Shown one piece after another: positions 1 to 13,095 of a stretch of DNA of 64,000 nt. A program made the position numbers and the translations under genes. Below the pieces are notes generated by a model. It was not told where the DNA came from. It made no database searches and saw only the letters and a list, made by a program, of their open reading frames with translations. The stretch is from assembly GCF_025526975.1 (NCBI RefSeq), contig NW_026515671.1:248001-312000 (forward strand). Direction: 5' to 3'. The number at the start of each line of letters is the position of its first letter. Position 1 is the first letter of the stretch. The DNA is from Fimicolochytrium jonesii (lineage: Eukaryota).

Positions 1-1089
1 GCTAGATGAAATATAGAAAGCTGCTGCTGGACAGCCTTGTGAATACCCGCTGTATACATCAACGCTTTTTGTCCATATTCCTCTTCCGTTTTGCAATACA
101 TACCCAGATTGGTACCCAGATCTATGTGTGCTTGGCTTTGTTCCTCCTTTGTGGTTCCGTCGTTTTCATACCGCTTGGCGCTATTTGCAACGCTATTCGC
201 AAGGCGGACTCCGTTTCGTGATGTCGGCAAAACTTGGGGACGATCACGTGGGTCCTAAATAAACCCGGAACTTCCGCGCGTCACAACTTTCGTCTCTCAA
301 AGCTGCTTCGGGTTGGTCATTTTACATTGCATTTCCAGTCGCAATCTAGTCCTGGTAAGTAGCAAAATGTATCCCGAGGGCCGACGGGTGTAGTGGCCAG
401 CAGCGAAAGGGCCTCCTGCGGATGTCCTAGCGACGGCAAGTCCTCCCATTTCCCGCAATGATGACCATCGACAGGTACTTCAGAGACCCCTACACACAAC
501 ACATCACCCAATTCCCCGGCGGAAGCATAGCCGCATCGCCTATATCGCTTCATCGACAGCGGCATCACGCTAGGAAGCCCCGCCGGTACTTCATCTCACT
601 TCCGCTTCCAATCCTCCCACGCCCCGACCTGCCCCAGCCGAGGTCGCGCTTTAGAGCGTGCCGGGAAACCTGGAGCTCGCGAGGACCTAGGCCGTGCGGT
701 GTTCGTAGGGTGGGGTCGAGGGTGGAGCGTATGGTGTGGATGATTGCTCTGTGGGGTGACTGTATGGGGGCGATGGGGGATGTGTGCTTGCGCCGGTGGA
801 GATGTTTTGGGCGGAAGTGGTGTTGGTGTTCGGGGCGCGGACGAAAAAGAAGTTTCGATGATTGGATTGATCTGAGCGGCGGTTGTTGTGGGAGATCGAT
901 GTTGTGATCAGGAGGCTGCTGGTCGGAAATGCTAGCTGGCAAATGGAAATGAAAGAAGAGGGCTAATGCATGGGACTGATCTGATGTTTTATGAATCAAT
1001 CCTGCAGCTCGAATTAGCGTCTCCCACCCCACCCACACGAATCCCCTCACGCACTCACCCGCGCCGCACATCACTAGCACATCGACATC

Positions 1090-1411
1090 ATGACAAGCAT
1101 ATCACCCGAGTGCAACGATCTAAAAAAACAATACGACGATTGTTTCAACAAATGGTACGCCAACAAGTTTCTCCAAGGGGACACGACACCCGCTTGCGAG
1201 GAGATCTTTCAGCTGTATAGGGCTTGTGTTTGGGTAAGTTGCACACCTCGTACTTCGTTTTTGATGTGGGGAGGTTGCTGGTTATGGCTTACTGATGTGA
1301 TTTCTTCTGCAGAGGGCGATAAAAGAAAAGAACCTAGACCAACTGATAAGCGATGCACGGAAGGAGAAGCCGTTCAACGAAGCGCCGGATATGAGTGGGT
1401 CGTCGTCATAG
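1090..1411 (+). CDS. MDM35: Mdm35/TRIAP1 mitochondrial intermembrane-space twin-CX9C protein (2 exons: 1090-1233, 1313-1411)
   Basis: MTSISPECNDLKKQYDDCFNKWYANKFLQG..CEEIFQLYRACV matches the family. GTAAGT donor at 1234, CAG acceptor at 1312; exon 2 reads RAIKEKNLDQLISDARKE...*. Confidence 0.93.
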
Positions 1412-1642
1412 CGTAGACGGTAGATACCAGTGAATGTACAGAACATTCGCAATGTGCTAGCCGACACCATCCAACCCCACACCCAATTTTGTAATGTAAC
1501 ATAGCAGACTCCACTCAATTCCAACCTCTTGAGCAACCATGTGGAATAGCTCTCGCGACATTGCCGCAAGTTTTGATTGGTCATTCGGCCACGATTCCAG
1601 CAAGTGCGAAGTGAGAGTGTGATAGATACATCTGAAGCACTT

Positions 1643-4600
1643 CTAAACAGTGAACGTAAACGGCAACCCATTGGTGCTATGCAGCACAACCTTCCGCTCG
1701 CCCACCCACTCAAACCGCACCCCGTCCATCACCGCCGTCGGGTCATTCAACGCTTTCTCTGTTCGGGTCGAAATCAGAAATCACAATCAGCTCAAACCCA
1801 ATATCCCCTCACAAAATTCCGACCCCACTTACCATCAGGAGGCCCCAAACTAAAAGTCCTAAAACTCTTCATATGCCCCACACCCCCCACACTCGCCAAC
1901 GCTGCAACCCCCGCCGCCCCGCCCGCACCGCCGCCAGTGGCCGTGGTCAGCGCGCCGACGAGGGTGCCGAGGAACCCGCCCGTGGGCTGCCAGAACCGGA
2001 GTGTGTTTTCGATTAGGGAGTAGGTGGCGATGAGCTTGCCGTCCGGGGAGAAGGAGACTGCTGTTATTGGTTTTGTGTGGCCCTGAGGGAGGTTCATAAA
2101 GGGTGTTTAGCTGACGCAGAATCACGGCGCGGAGGAACCTTTGGTGAAATGAATTTACATACCTCCATAATCTGCACCTTAGCAGCAATCCGCACATCAT
2201 ATACAACCCCCACACCTTCCATCGTGCCCACCGCGAGTCGTTGACTCGTATGATGGAACGCTACGTTAGGGAACCGTTTGACCAGTTCCGCAAAGATGAC
2301 GGTGACGATATGTTGCAGGGCGTCGCGGATGTGCGGCTGGTTGGGGTCGAGGCATTTGACGATCGCTTCGACCATGCGGCCGAGGTGGGGGTAGAGGATA
2401 AGGGGTTTCTGAGCAAGAAATAGTCAGAGTGTATCAGTGAGAATGGTTGATGGATATGAAGCTAATCATAAATTCCCTCACCTTGGCAATGAACATCCCC
2501 AAAAGCCTCAGCGCCCCCGCTCTCTCCACAGCACTTTTCGAATGCATCAAATCAAACGACAAAGTGCTAATAAACAGCGCCGGATTACACGTCGCAATCT
2601 GCACAATCGCCTGCCGCGCCGCCGCCACCAACGGCGGATTCAGCGACGGTGTCGTAACAAGACTGGGCGTCGTCGGCGGAGCACCCGTAGGTGTCGCCCC
2701 ACCATTCCCACTTGTATTCGCACCGCCACCGCCACCACTCAGCCCCGAAAACCCAATGAGCGTCCTCAACAACGCGGTCCCATTCACATGCACCTCCCAA
2801 TCCGCCCACCCGGCTCCCAACAGCTCCACTGCGGCCGTGCGATACACATTCCGCGGCGAATCTTCCTTCAACAGCTGATCCAGCGATTCCGCCACGTCTT
2901 TGCAGACAGTGGGCGATAACGACTCCGGTTGGGTGGACCCGATTATGCCGAGGATGATGACGGCGCGGATGTTGAGTTTGCTGTAGTGCTTTGTGAGGGA
3001 GGGGAGGTGCGTGTGCCAGTAGGCTATTCCCGAGGCCTTTTCTTCGGGGGTCATGCGGAGGAGGGTGGAGTGGAAGATGGTGCGGGTGGTCGATTGGATT
3101 TCGGCTGCGGTTCGTGTTAGCGTATTTGGCTTGATTAGCGCGGAAAAACATCAAGCAGGAAAAGAGGGATCAGCAACTCACGTATAGGATCCTGCCAATA
3201 CTTCGCTAAAAACGAAAACGACGGAAACGCATACTGGTTTCCGACCGTCGCCGGCAACGAGTCCCCATAGAACGCCATCAACGCGACCCACTCCTCCTCC
3301 AATCCGCGGCTCGTCAACAGCGCACGGAACGTCGCCATCGTGTTCAACAACCGCGCCGCGCTGATGGTCGGCGAGACACCCCATTCCATCACTGCGTCTT
3401 TCGTCGGGGCGATAAAGGATAGGTGCCCGTTGGCGCCGCGCATCCCGAAGGCGATGTTGCGCTTAGGCCGCGATAATCCAACCCGGACTTCAATCAGTTT
3501 GTCAAGATCCGTGCTGAGACCCCATGTATACAGCGCAGATAGGATGGCTTGCACGACCTCATTCTCCAACGCGCCTCTTGTCCCGTCCGCGTTGGAGTCC
3601 TGTGACCCTCGGTTGGCAGTCGCGGAGGTATCCGATTTCCGAGCCCCTCCGGCGATTGATGACGGGGACGGTGACCCCGGCCGACTCCTAAAGATATCCT
3701 TGAAGCCTTGCGAGAAATGGTGGAGGTTCTGCGATATCATATTCGGTGACCCCGTCCGATTCTGGTTGGCTGCACTATCTGGGTACAGCGCGGACGACGC
3801 GGTCCGCGAATGTGTTGGCGTTGCCCTATTCGTTAATGTCGCGGTTGTGGTCGTGGTCGACACAAACGACGGCGCGACCGAAAGCGGCGGTGTAGGTGGG
3901 GGCGTCATCGTCATCTTGCCCGTGGTTTCATTCACAACCCGTTTTGTATTGACCAAAAGCGCCAGTATACACGGGATGGCATCCTCGGCCGTGCTCACAG
4001 GGTACGCCGAGAAACTGCGCTTGATGTTCGCGTTCCTAAATGCCAGCTGCGGAAACCGACAATCCAGCGAACAATCCGAGCTGCCAATGACATCCAGCAC
4101 GTCCGCCCCGTCGAGGGTTCGATCGAGATGGCCTGTTTTCAATTGCCAGACGTACGCGGTCCCATCGACGCATTCGACGATAACGATTTCGTCGATGATG
4201 CGCCAGTGGAGGGCGGTGACTGCGTCGGTGTGGCCAAAGAGGTGGGCGGTGCAGGTGAGGTTGTCCAAATCGATGAAGGCGAGGGAGTGGTCGCGGGCGA
4301 CTGTGACGACTGAACACCGGGATCGCTGTTGTGCGTCAGCTGGAACGGGGAGGATGGATATTACCTCTTCGGCGTGGTTAAGGAAGGAGGCGAGGAGTTG
4401 ACCGTCACTGAATGTCACAGATGGTGTGAATCGAGACATGTGGCATGGAAGTGGATCGCAAGACGCCTTACTCGAGATTCCAGATCTTAACGAAGCAATC
4501 CTGCGCAGCGCTCAACAACAGATTCCGTCCGCCACACTCTCGGGGACTAGGCACATACAGGTACGTCACAGGCCCCTTATGGCCTTCGAGAGAGACGGCG

Positions 4601-6544
4601 GGTTCGCTTTCGGAGGTATCTGACGTCTGAAAGAACTCCGCCATGGTCAGGAGGGAAATAGCTCCAGTGTCTGTTCGCAAATGTCGGTAAGAGAGCATTC
4701 TATCATCGGCGATAGCAGTTCGATGAGGGGATCACTCACCATAGCCAAGCGCCACATATTTGTGCAACGCGGACGTCAAGGCGGTCACGTTCTTTTGCGA
4801 TGTGGCGTCTCCAGGCCACAGTGCACGCAAATCAATTTCTACACTCCAACTCGTCAATGTTCGTTCGCAGTGAAGAGCGCAAATCCAATTTCCGACTCGT
4901 CAATATACCTGCGGTTTGTTCACATGCACCGGTAGGCACTTGAGTGCTCTTCAGCTCCGACCCAACAAGACTCCCGAAAAACTGTTGGTACGTGATCTTG
5001 GCGGTCGAGTGAAAGCGGAGGAGTCTTTGATGCCCGACTGCCTTTCCGTGTGAATAAAACACATAAGGACTGCTATCCGGGTCGTCGATTGGGCTGTTCA
5101 GGACGGCAATCTCCGTGACGCTACACGTCCAGGTATCAGCATCGGGGTTTTCTGTTGCATGTAGCTAGACGTGGCCCATCTCTCACCTCACGCCACCTCT
5201 CGACGGTCCCGTCTCCATCTTCGCCACATAGTAAATCGTGCTCCCCTGCGCAAACAGGACGATTGCACCAGTCGGCACAGAAGACGCCTGCTCCGCTTTC
5301 AACACATCACTGGCGGCTCCGATGTAGAACACATGCGCGGAGCTGGACGTCCATAGCAAGAATGTCTTGGCCGATAGGAATGTCCCACCCTCCCATATCT
5401 TGCCTTCTTTGCAAGGGATCTCGGAGACGGCAGAGAGCGCGCCGTTCGCGGTCGAATATAGCTTTAGGGATTGCGTGAGTGATCATTCTGGTATTACTAA
5501 GAAGCACCTGCGAGGCAACCTACCTTACATTGCGCCCGCTGCTGAACCATGATGATACTCTTGTCAAAACGGTTGATGATGACACCAGACGGCCCGAAAC
5601 TTCTTGTCTTTTCCAATGGGATTTTCGTCTCCGGTGTGGCTGTCAACGCCTGCCCATCGAAGATCGCCGTGCACACTTCACCGGAGAATGTCGTGCAGAA
5701 GATCCGATCTACGTACTTTGTATCTGCAGGGAGCCCTGTCAGGATTGGATTTGTGGGATGAATGCACGCAACCGTCTCGTTACCGGTCGGGTAGATGGCC
5801 ATCGAGTGAATCCAGTCCGCATGTATGTCGATGTTCTTGGTGCTCTTCAAACAGAAGAATCAGGGCTGTCCCTCCCCAAGTAGCCATCCGAGAGGAGGCC
5901 TTACCACAAGTGATGCAGATTCCAGGACAGCCAGCTTCCTAGAATGTCCCGAACACAAGATCCACCGGCCAGAAGAGCTCATCTGCGGTAGGGAGGTGAA
6001 TCAGACAACTTCTCACCGGGAGCCAAACATTAGCCTGATCAGTCTTTGATGAAGGGTATACGTACCTACCTTCATAGCAGTCATAACTCCACTGAACGCC
6101 TCCGGGTTCGCCTGCAAACAGCGGCCGTCGGTGATATCCCACATGACAACCTCGCCATCTTCGGACGCGGTGAGGATGATGTTTTCCTTCTTTGCCGCTC
6201 CTTCTACTTCGATCTTGGCGAGTGTTATCACGCATATCGAGCTTCTGTGGCCTGCTAGCAGGACTTTTGGGCGAAGCTGGAGTGCGGGAGCTCGCGTCAG
6301 TTTGGAGGAGACATTGCGATCAGGTCGCATGCGTGAAGGAGCGGAAGCCTCAAACCCTCCCGAAATGACGAGTCCTCACCATAAAGGGTTCCTCCTGGTC
6401 AGCCGCGAATATCCAGGCTACCCCACTCTCGAAGCCCGCCACTACGACACACCCATCTTCCGTCGCCGCTGCCGCTGTGACCACCGACGATGAGTCGAAA
6501 GGCGAGGAGAGCCAGCAGCCTAGTGGGGCTATCAGGGAGGTCAT
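1643..6544 (-). CDS. WDR7: WDR7/WDR72 (rabconnectin-3 beta)-like large WD40 protein, multi-exon
   Basis: N-terminal exon LLAGHRSSI..TASEDGEVVMWDITDGRCL; internal WD repeats (GHKGPVTYLYVP, GHTDAVTALHW..VWQLKTGHLDR); C-terminal GHTKPITAVSFSPDGKLIATYS..LRFWQ; last exon ends VRFEWVGERKVVLHSTNGLPFTFTV* (stop 1643-1645). Internal exon boundaries approximate. Confidence 0.82.
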
Positions 6545-6818
6545 AAGCTACGGCGATATGAAGCGGCGTCTGTGCTGAATTGGGTTCTCTGTCCACAGAT
6601 AGAGTTTCCAGCCGACGATGGGGTGCTGGCTTCGAAAGCCCTGAACTGAAAGCCTTCTCGAGTCCGTGGGAAAACGACGAAGACGTCTCGCGTTCGCAGT
6701 TCTTTCGCATGCATGACACAATCGCAAGCGGGTTCTCCACCAGCATCAGCTCCACCAGCTCCACCAGCGCTAACATACACACAGTATACCGCCCCAAACA
6801 GCAGACATACAGACAAAG

Positions 6819-8150
6819 ATGGCCGCCAGCAGCACGAAGGATCTGGACCTCCTGGCCTACTCGCTCATATCACAGTTCCTCACACAACACAACCTCACAG
6901 ACACCCTCGCAACTCTGCAAACGGAAGCTCCCGCAAGCATCTACGATGATCTGCAGAAACACAGGGTCCCCCATAAACCACTGACAGCCATCCTAGAAGA
7001 ATACGACCTGCTGACCGCACAGGATCAGCTAGGCAGCTTATCCATCACACAGCAACGGCAGCAGGTCAAGCGGGATGACGATGAGCTGTTTGCGTTGGGC
7101 AGGGGACGGGTGCCGATCGAGCCGTCGAGGGTCTATGACACGATACACCTGGCGAACATCGTCGCTGCAGCAACTGTCACGCTCCCATCCAACCTTTTCC
7201 CTGCTGCAGAGTTGGCAGGCCCGAACGTGCCCGTACTCGTGACCGCTTCAACGGATAAAACCATCCGTGTGTCTCATAAAGACTCTGGCAAGCTGCTCGG
7301 GGTCCTAGACCACCAGAAAGCGGCGTGTCTGGCCTTGGACTTCTATCCTCCCGACAAACGCTTCCTGCTCACCGCGGGGATGAACGGCAGCCATCATGTG
7401 GCTGATCTGACGACGGAAGCGGTTGCGCAATCATTCAGCGATCACGCAAAGTATGTCGTCCGAGCATTATTCTCGCCGGACGGGGCATGGTTTGCTACGG
7501 GGTCGTATGATCGGTCTGTCAGCATCTACAAGCGGACAACTGACGCTGGGGTCATACCGCCAAAATTCGAAAAAGTCCACACGGCAGCCTTCCCCGGCGC
7601 CGTCGAGTCCCTCTGCTTCCTCCCCACCGCGACAGACCCGCCCACTCTCGTCATAGGCTCCCGCGACTCCAACTACCTCAACTACCTTACCCTCGACCCG
7701 TCGCGCGCCTATCCCACCACCCGTCACAACATGAACGCCAACGGCGACGACTGGATATCCTTCACAGCGATGGACCTCCGCCCTTCACCCACCGGCCACC
7801 ACCTCGCTTGCTACACCGACTCCAAAGCCGGGCGGATCATCATCTTCCGCACCCACTCCACCATCCAGGCCCGCAACCTGTGGGGTGTTGTCGCGGACGG
7901 GTTCTCGCAGCCGCGGTGCTGCTGGGACTCCTCCGGGAGATTAGTGTTTGCGACGAGCGATGATATGAAAGTTTATGTGTTTGATGTGCCGAGTGGGCAG
8001 GTTGTGAAGAGGTTGGAGGGACATACTGGGGTTGTGAGGGGACTGGGGTATGATGGTGAAAGACAGCAGTTGGTGTCGTGCTCGTTTGATAGGACGGTGA
8101 GGGTGTGGGAGACGTCGGAGGATGGGGATGAGGGGAGCATTTCTCGGTGA
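6819..8150 (+). CDS. LisH-motif plus WD40-repeat protein, single exon, 443 aa
   Basis: N-terminal LAYSLISQFLTQHNLTDTLATLQTEA is LisH-like; WD40 repeats include DHAKYVVRALFSPDG..TGSYDRSV and GHTGVVRGLGY..SCSFDRTVRVWE. Confidence 0.85.
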   Translation: MAASSTKDLDLLAYSLISQFLTQHNLTDTLATLQTEAPASIYDDLQKHRVPHKPLTAILEEYDLLTAQDQLGSLSITQQRQQVKRDDDELFALGRGRVPIEPSRVYDTIHLANIVAAATVTLPSNLFPAAELAGPNVPVLVTASTDKTIRVSHKDSGKLLGVLDHQKAACLALDFYPPDKRFLLTAGMNGSHHVADLTTEAVAQSFSDHAKYVVRALFSPDGAWFATGSYDRSVSIYKRTTDAGVIPPKFEKVHTAAFPGAVESLCFLPTATDPPTLVIGSRDSNYLNYLTLDPSRAYPTTRHNMNANGDDWISFTAMDLRPSPTGHHLACYTDSKAGRIIIFRTHSTIQARNLWGVVADGFSQPRCCWDSSGRLVFATSDDMKVYVFDVPSGQVVKRLEGHTGVVRGLGYDGERQQLVSCSFDRTVRVWETSEDGDEGSISR

Positions 8151-8754
8151 AGTTTCCGCCTTTTCTTCATAGCTCATATTCGATTGCACAAGCTATAATC
8201 TCGCGATGCCACGGTACACCACCTTCTCGGTCAACGACCTCTGCGGTAGTAGGCTTCCGTGGAGGTATTGCAGTGTGAAGATACCTAATCTTAATACTCA
8301 AGATACCCAACTCTAGCTTCTTGTACGTTGGGAAGTTAGCCTCCGTATATAACTAAAGTCTGCTCAGTCGGCTGAGTAACCCTGGGTTGGAGCGCCTTGC
8401 TTTGCGTAGGGAGTTGGTTCATGGCGGTGTTTGACCCGGGTGGGCAGGGATTTCGTCACGCCGGGGGGGTTTCCTCACGCGTTTTGTCCATTCAGACCTT
8501 GTCTGTCTGAAACTTCGAGAGTCGTGAGCCATCGGAGGAATGTCAGGAAAGAAAAGCTTAACCTACATACGGTGACGAGTGGCTCGGCGGGCTGCCGCTG
8601 GGGCGCCTTGGATGCCAGAAATGGGACGGGCATTTCGGCGCCGCCTTCGGTGTACTAACTTTCCGAGCCCCATGCCTGCAAACATCTTGAAAGGCGACAT
8701 CGAGAACTATAGATATCGAAAAGTTTGGAAAGCCCTCACTGAAAGCCCCTCGCC

Positions 8755-10776
8755 ATGCCGGAATATGATCCCCAGGAGGAACAGCTGATACGCAAGCTGG
8801 ACAAGAAATTGATACCGCTATTGGCCCTGCTATATCTTGCGTCACTGGTGGTAAGTCGCGGTCGCTAGCTAGGTTTAGGTGTTGAACGGGCTGGCGCGGG
8901 CCTTCTCGTTGAGAACGAGCCATGATGATGGGCGTCCGGACCGTATAGCTCGTTAGGCCGTCTTGCCAGCCACTTGCTTTATTGACTTTTGCGCTAATGC
9001 ATACCTTGGCAACCTCACAGGACCGCGGCACCCTCTTCCACGCCCGAGTAACAAACCATGCAACCGCATCCGGACTAAAGCACGACCTGGGCGTCAGCGA
9101 CGACGCATACGTAGTGGCACTAGTCGTGTATGGCATCGCATCCGTGCTCCTCGTGTTTCCCTCCACGTTCGGTCTGAGGATGTTTGGCCCCGCGAGGTGG
9201 CTGGCAGGCATTGTTGCGGGATGGGGGTTTCTTGCGGCTTGTTCGGCGGCTACGTCTACGTTGGCGGGATGGGTTGTTGTGCAGATTTTGATGGGGGCGT
9301 TGCAGGCTGGGTGAGTTGAGTTTTAGAATTCATCTTGGAATGAAGATGGCGCCTGATAAGGTGGACTACGCTGACTTTCCTTTTCTGTGTCGTTCCTTTT
9401 GCCAGGTTTCTACCCGGGATACTACTCTATATCCTGTCGTTCTACACGCGGGAGGAATGGGCATCTAGGATGTCGTGGGTTGTCTCATCGGGGACGGTCG
9501 CCACCTCGTTCTTCGGTATCTTTGTCGATTGGGGATCACAGTTTGATGGGGCGAAGGGGTTGCAGACATGGAAATGGTTAGTTGTTTCGCATCTCAGACT
9601 CCATTCGGGTAATTTATCAGTCTTGCTCAAATGCTCTCTTTTAGGATGTTCGTGTGCAGTGGATTATTTAGTATAGTCATAGGAGCAGTGACGGTCATGT
9701 TCCTTCCCGATTATCCACAAACGTGCGCGTTTCTGACTCCAGCAGATAGAGTCTTAGCAGTAGCTAGAGGGCACGATGGATCGGAAGGCGGAGTTCACGA
9801 GTCTGAAGAAGAGGAGACTCAACGGCGAAAGTCAGTCACGCCAAGGCTGAAAGGTCCACGCGTGCGATTCGATTCAGGGCAGCTGATCGAAGCGCTAACC
9901 GACAAACGAAACTGGCTTTTCGCCTTCGCTTTTTGCTTCATCTCCGTCGCCATGGACGCGCTCATTTCTGTGGGACCGGAAGTCACAGCTACGTCTTTCT
10001 CCTTGACCACCCAGTTCCTGGAAACCCACGAGAAGGACCCAAACGCCGTAGAGAACGCCATCGAAGCGGCAGACGGAACTCGCCAGGCCCGCATTTTTGC
10101 CGCCATCCCCTACCTGATCGGCGGCATCGTCGCCCCCATCTTCTCCTGGAACTCCGACCGCACCGGCGATCGCGCCCTCCACGCAACCCTCCCACTCATG
10201 GCCTCCTCGCTAGGGTTCGCGCTACTGGCCTTCGTGCCCGTAACGCTCGCGCACGCCGGGCCAGTGCGCTACTTCCTCGGCTTGCTCCCCGCCACCGCCG
10301 GCGTCGTCGCCGCGTACCCATGCTTGCTCGCTTACGCCCTCGATAAAGCGCAGGGTGACACCAGCCGCGTTGCCGTCGCCGCTATCACCTTCTCCATCGG
10401 ACAGGCATTTAGCCCAGCCATCTCATCGCCAGGCTCCGTCCTCCTCCGCGATTCAACAGCTCCGACAGGCCACGCGGTCGGTCTTGGCGTCTGCGCATGC
10501 GGCGTCGCCCTTTCCGCTGCCAGCGTCCTGCTCATCCGATGGCTGTACCGCGGTGACGAAACCCAGATGTGGGGTAAAGGCCCCGCGCTGCGCCGTCTGC
10601 TCAATGATGAGGATGAGGATAAAGCGTGGGGAGTCGAGTTGAGCCAGGCGGACATGTTCGGGTCCATTAGTGGCAAGGGAAAGAAGCCGCGCAAGGCGTC
10701 CGGGTTTTGGTCTGATAGGCGCGACTCCAATGCGGGGAGTGATTGGGATTTGAAGGAGTATGCGTCGACGAAGTAG
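8755..10776 (+). CDS. MFS transporter, allantoate/nicotinate permease (ACS)-like, multi-exon; start uncertain
   Basis: LIRKLDKKLIPLLALLYL..(intron)..DRGTL, GLQTWKW, FLPDYPQTCAFLT, WNSDRTGDR motifs; many hydrophobic helices. Confidence 0.85.
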
Positions 10777-11149
10777 TAGGTTGGATATGTAGTAGCCGTT
10801 GGGGGGACCTCGGAAGGATGGACTGTGCGGCATTTTGGGGCTTGTAACGTAATTTTAGACATTTGATGAGTTGCGAGGTATTGCATAATATAACGACTTG
10901 CGTCGCTTTTAAACTTGAAGCACCGCAGTAAAGTGATGCTGGGACGCACACGGATTATCCGGGGTGTGAGTAAGATCCATTCGAAAGCCCACATAAATAC
11001 AGAAACCTTTTACCAAAATTGAAAGGATTGCGTCATGTCCATGTCCATCGCACAACACTGCCCTTTCCGCAAACCCATTCCTCAACCCCCTCCAAAAAGA
11101 ATGCCAGTCACTCGCTTACACCGGGTGAATTCAGTCTCCTTGCTCACAG

Positions 11150-13095
11150 CTAGTCATACGGCACTGCTTTCTGCGATATGCCCAACTCCGGATCCACCAT
11201 CGCCTTCGCGGCCGCCCCGCCATCCCCCGCCGTCAACATCCCCGCAAACTTGATATACACAGCCCCCGCAACGGCAATCCACATCGCATTCCCGATAACA
11301 ACCCACCCAACCGCAATCTTCACCGCAAAGATATTCATCACAACCATCGCAGCGCAAAACACGATCCGGTAACATCCAAATGCCGCGGCTGTCGTGTCGG
11401 CCGTGTACGCGTTCGTGATGGCGAGATTGACCATGGTGTTGAGGGTCGCGTCGACGTGGCCGAGGGCGGCACTGACGGCGAGGAAGGCGGCGATGGGTTG
11501 CGGGTCGGCGAACTCGGAGGGGAGGATGGAGAGGAGGCCGAGGTAGCCGCCGAGACCGGTGAGGAGGAAGGAGCGGACGAGGGGGGTTTGGCCGTAGCGG
11601 TCGTAAATGAGGCCGTTGAGGTAGGAGAACAGGCATTGGGTGAAGCCTGAAGGAGAACAATGGTGTTAAAATCTGAAAGAAAAGTTGCCATTCCTTTTGG
11701 CCGACGACGGCCACCATTCTCTACACCACGCGTAACGTCGGAGGAACATGCATGCGGATGTACGGCTTATACCCTCGCGTCGACCCCGAAGCCACGCCCA
11801 GCATGTACTGTACACTCCAAACGCGTACTCATCGCCACTCACCATAGCACAGAAAACATTTCGAAACAGCAGCCTGCCCCGACCCAGCCGGCAGCGTCTC
11901 CGTCAACCTCCCAAACATCAACGCCAAGTTACACCCCTGGATCCAAATACTCGGCGCAACAACCGCGCTCTTCGGCATCCGCATCACGCGCCACACGGCC
12001 TTCACATTCTCTCGCAGCGACGATGGGGCTGAGGACGTCGTTAGCGATGTGGGGACAGCGGCCATGGGCGCGGCAAAGAAGAGCATCAGGGCGCCGAGCG
12101 AGACGACGATCAGCATGGCCCAGATCATGGTTGAGAGCGAGAGACCGACTTCAAGGAGGATGAGGGCGAGGATGTTGCCGAGGACTCCGTTGGCGTTGCA
12201 GATTGTGAAGAAGAGCCCTGTGAAGTAGCCTGGAAAATACAGGAGATGGTGGTCAGAACGGTGGACGCTGCTGTAAATGTGCGCGGTAGCGACGTACCGG
12301 TCAATGTGCCGCCGGCATGCCCGCAAAGCCTACTCAACCATAACCCTTGGTTGATCCATAGAGTTCCTGAGCCAATGCCGACTAACGCAGCGGCAACTAA
12401 CACTAGCGCCTCCTAATTCACAAAGAAACGAGGCATCAGCTTCAACCGTACAGTCTCCCGCAATGTGTTTTCGCATCTTTATCCTCCAAACTCTCCCATC
12501 AATCGTCACTCACCACCCGCGTGTTCAAGCTCGCAACAAACGCCACAAACGCGATGGACGCAACGCACATGGCCCCTTTTGGTCCCAACGCATCGCCGAC
12601 GCTCGACGCTGTCAGGGATCCCAGTGCAAAGAACAGGTAGATGACCCCCAGGACGTACGTGCCTATGTCCGGATACAGCACTGTGATATATGATTGGCCG
12701 ACATTGCTGAGTTTCCCGGAGGAAAAGATAAGAATGTTGGAATAAGTGCCTTAGTAACGTCGGGCCACCCATACAGAAGAGACTACTCACAACGCAACAA
12801 AGATGAAACAGAAAGCAACGCCCAAATACGCCGTGTTCAAGGTATACCCCCTCACATCGCCATGCAAGCGCCCTGCCTCCGCGTCGCCCTTGTACAGATC
12901 CACATCGTGGAGACTTTGGCCGCGCGATCCACCAAACTCGCGCGGAAGGGTTCCATGGGAGTCGTAGGCACCGGGCGATGGCAGTGGCTGTAGCGCTGCT
13001 CGCGATTGTCGCCGGGATAGCGAGGTTAGGCTTGGCTGGCGAGGCGCGGTGTTGACGAAGTCTTCGGCGTTGGGGATGAGGGAGGCTGTGGACAT
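11150..13095 (-). CDS. UNC-93/MFSD11-like MFS membrane protein, multi-exon
   Basis: LGVAFCFIFVA; LGVIYLFFALGSL..VGDALGPKGAM; AAALVGIGSGTLWINQGLWL; GLFFTI..LGN, typical of the UNC-93 family. Confidence 0.8.

Noticed and set aside
3340..4401. 353-aa plus-strand ORF
   Set aside because: Antisense shadow of a long WDR7-like exon, with no recognisable motifs.
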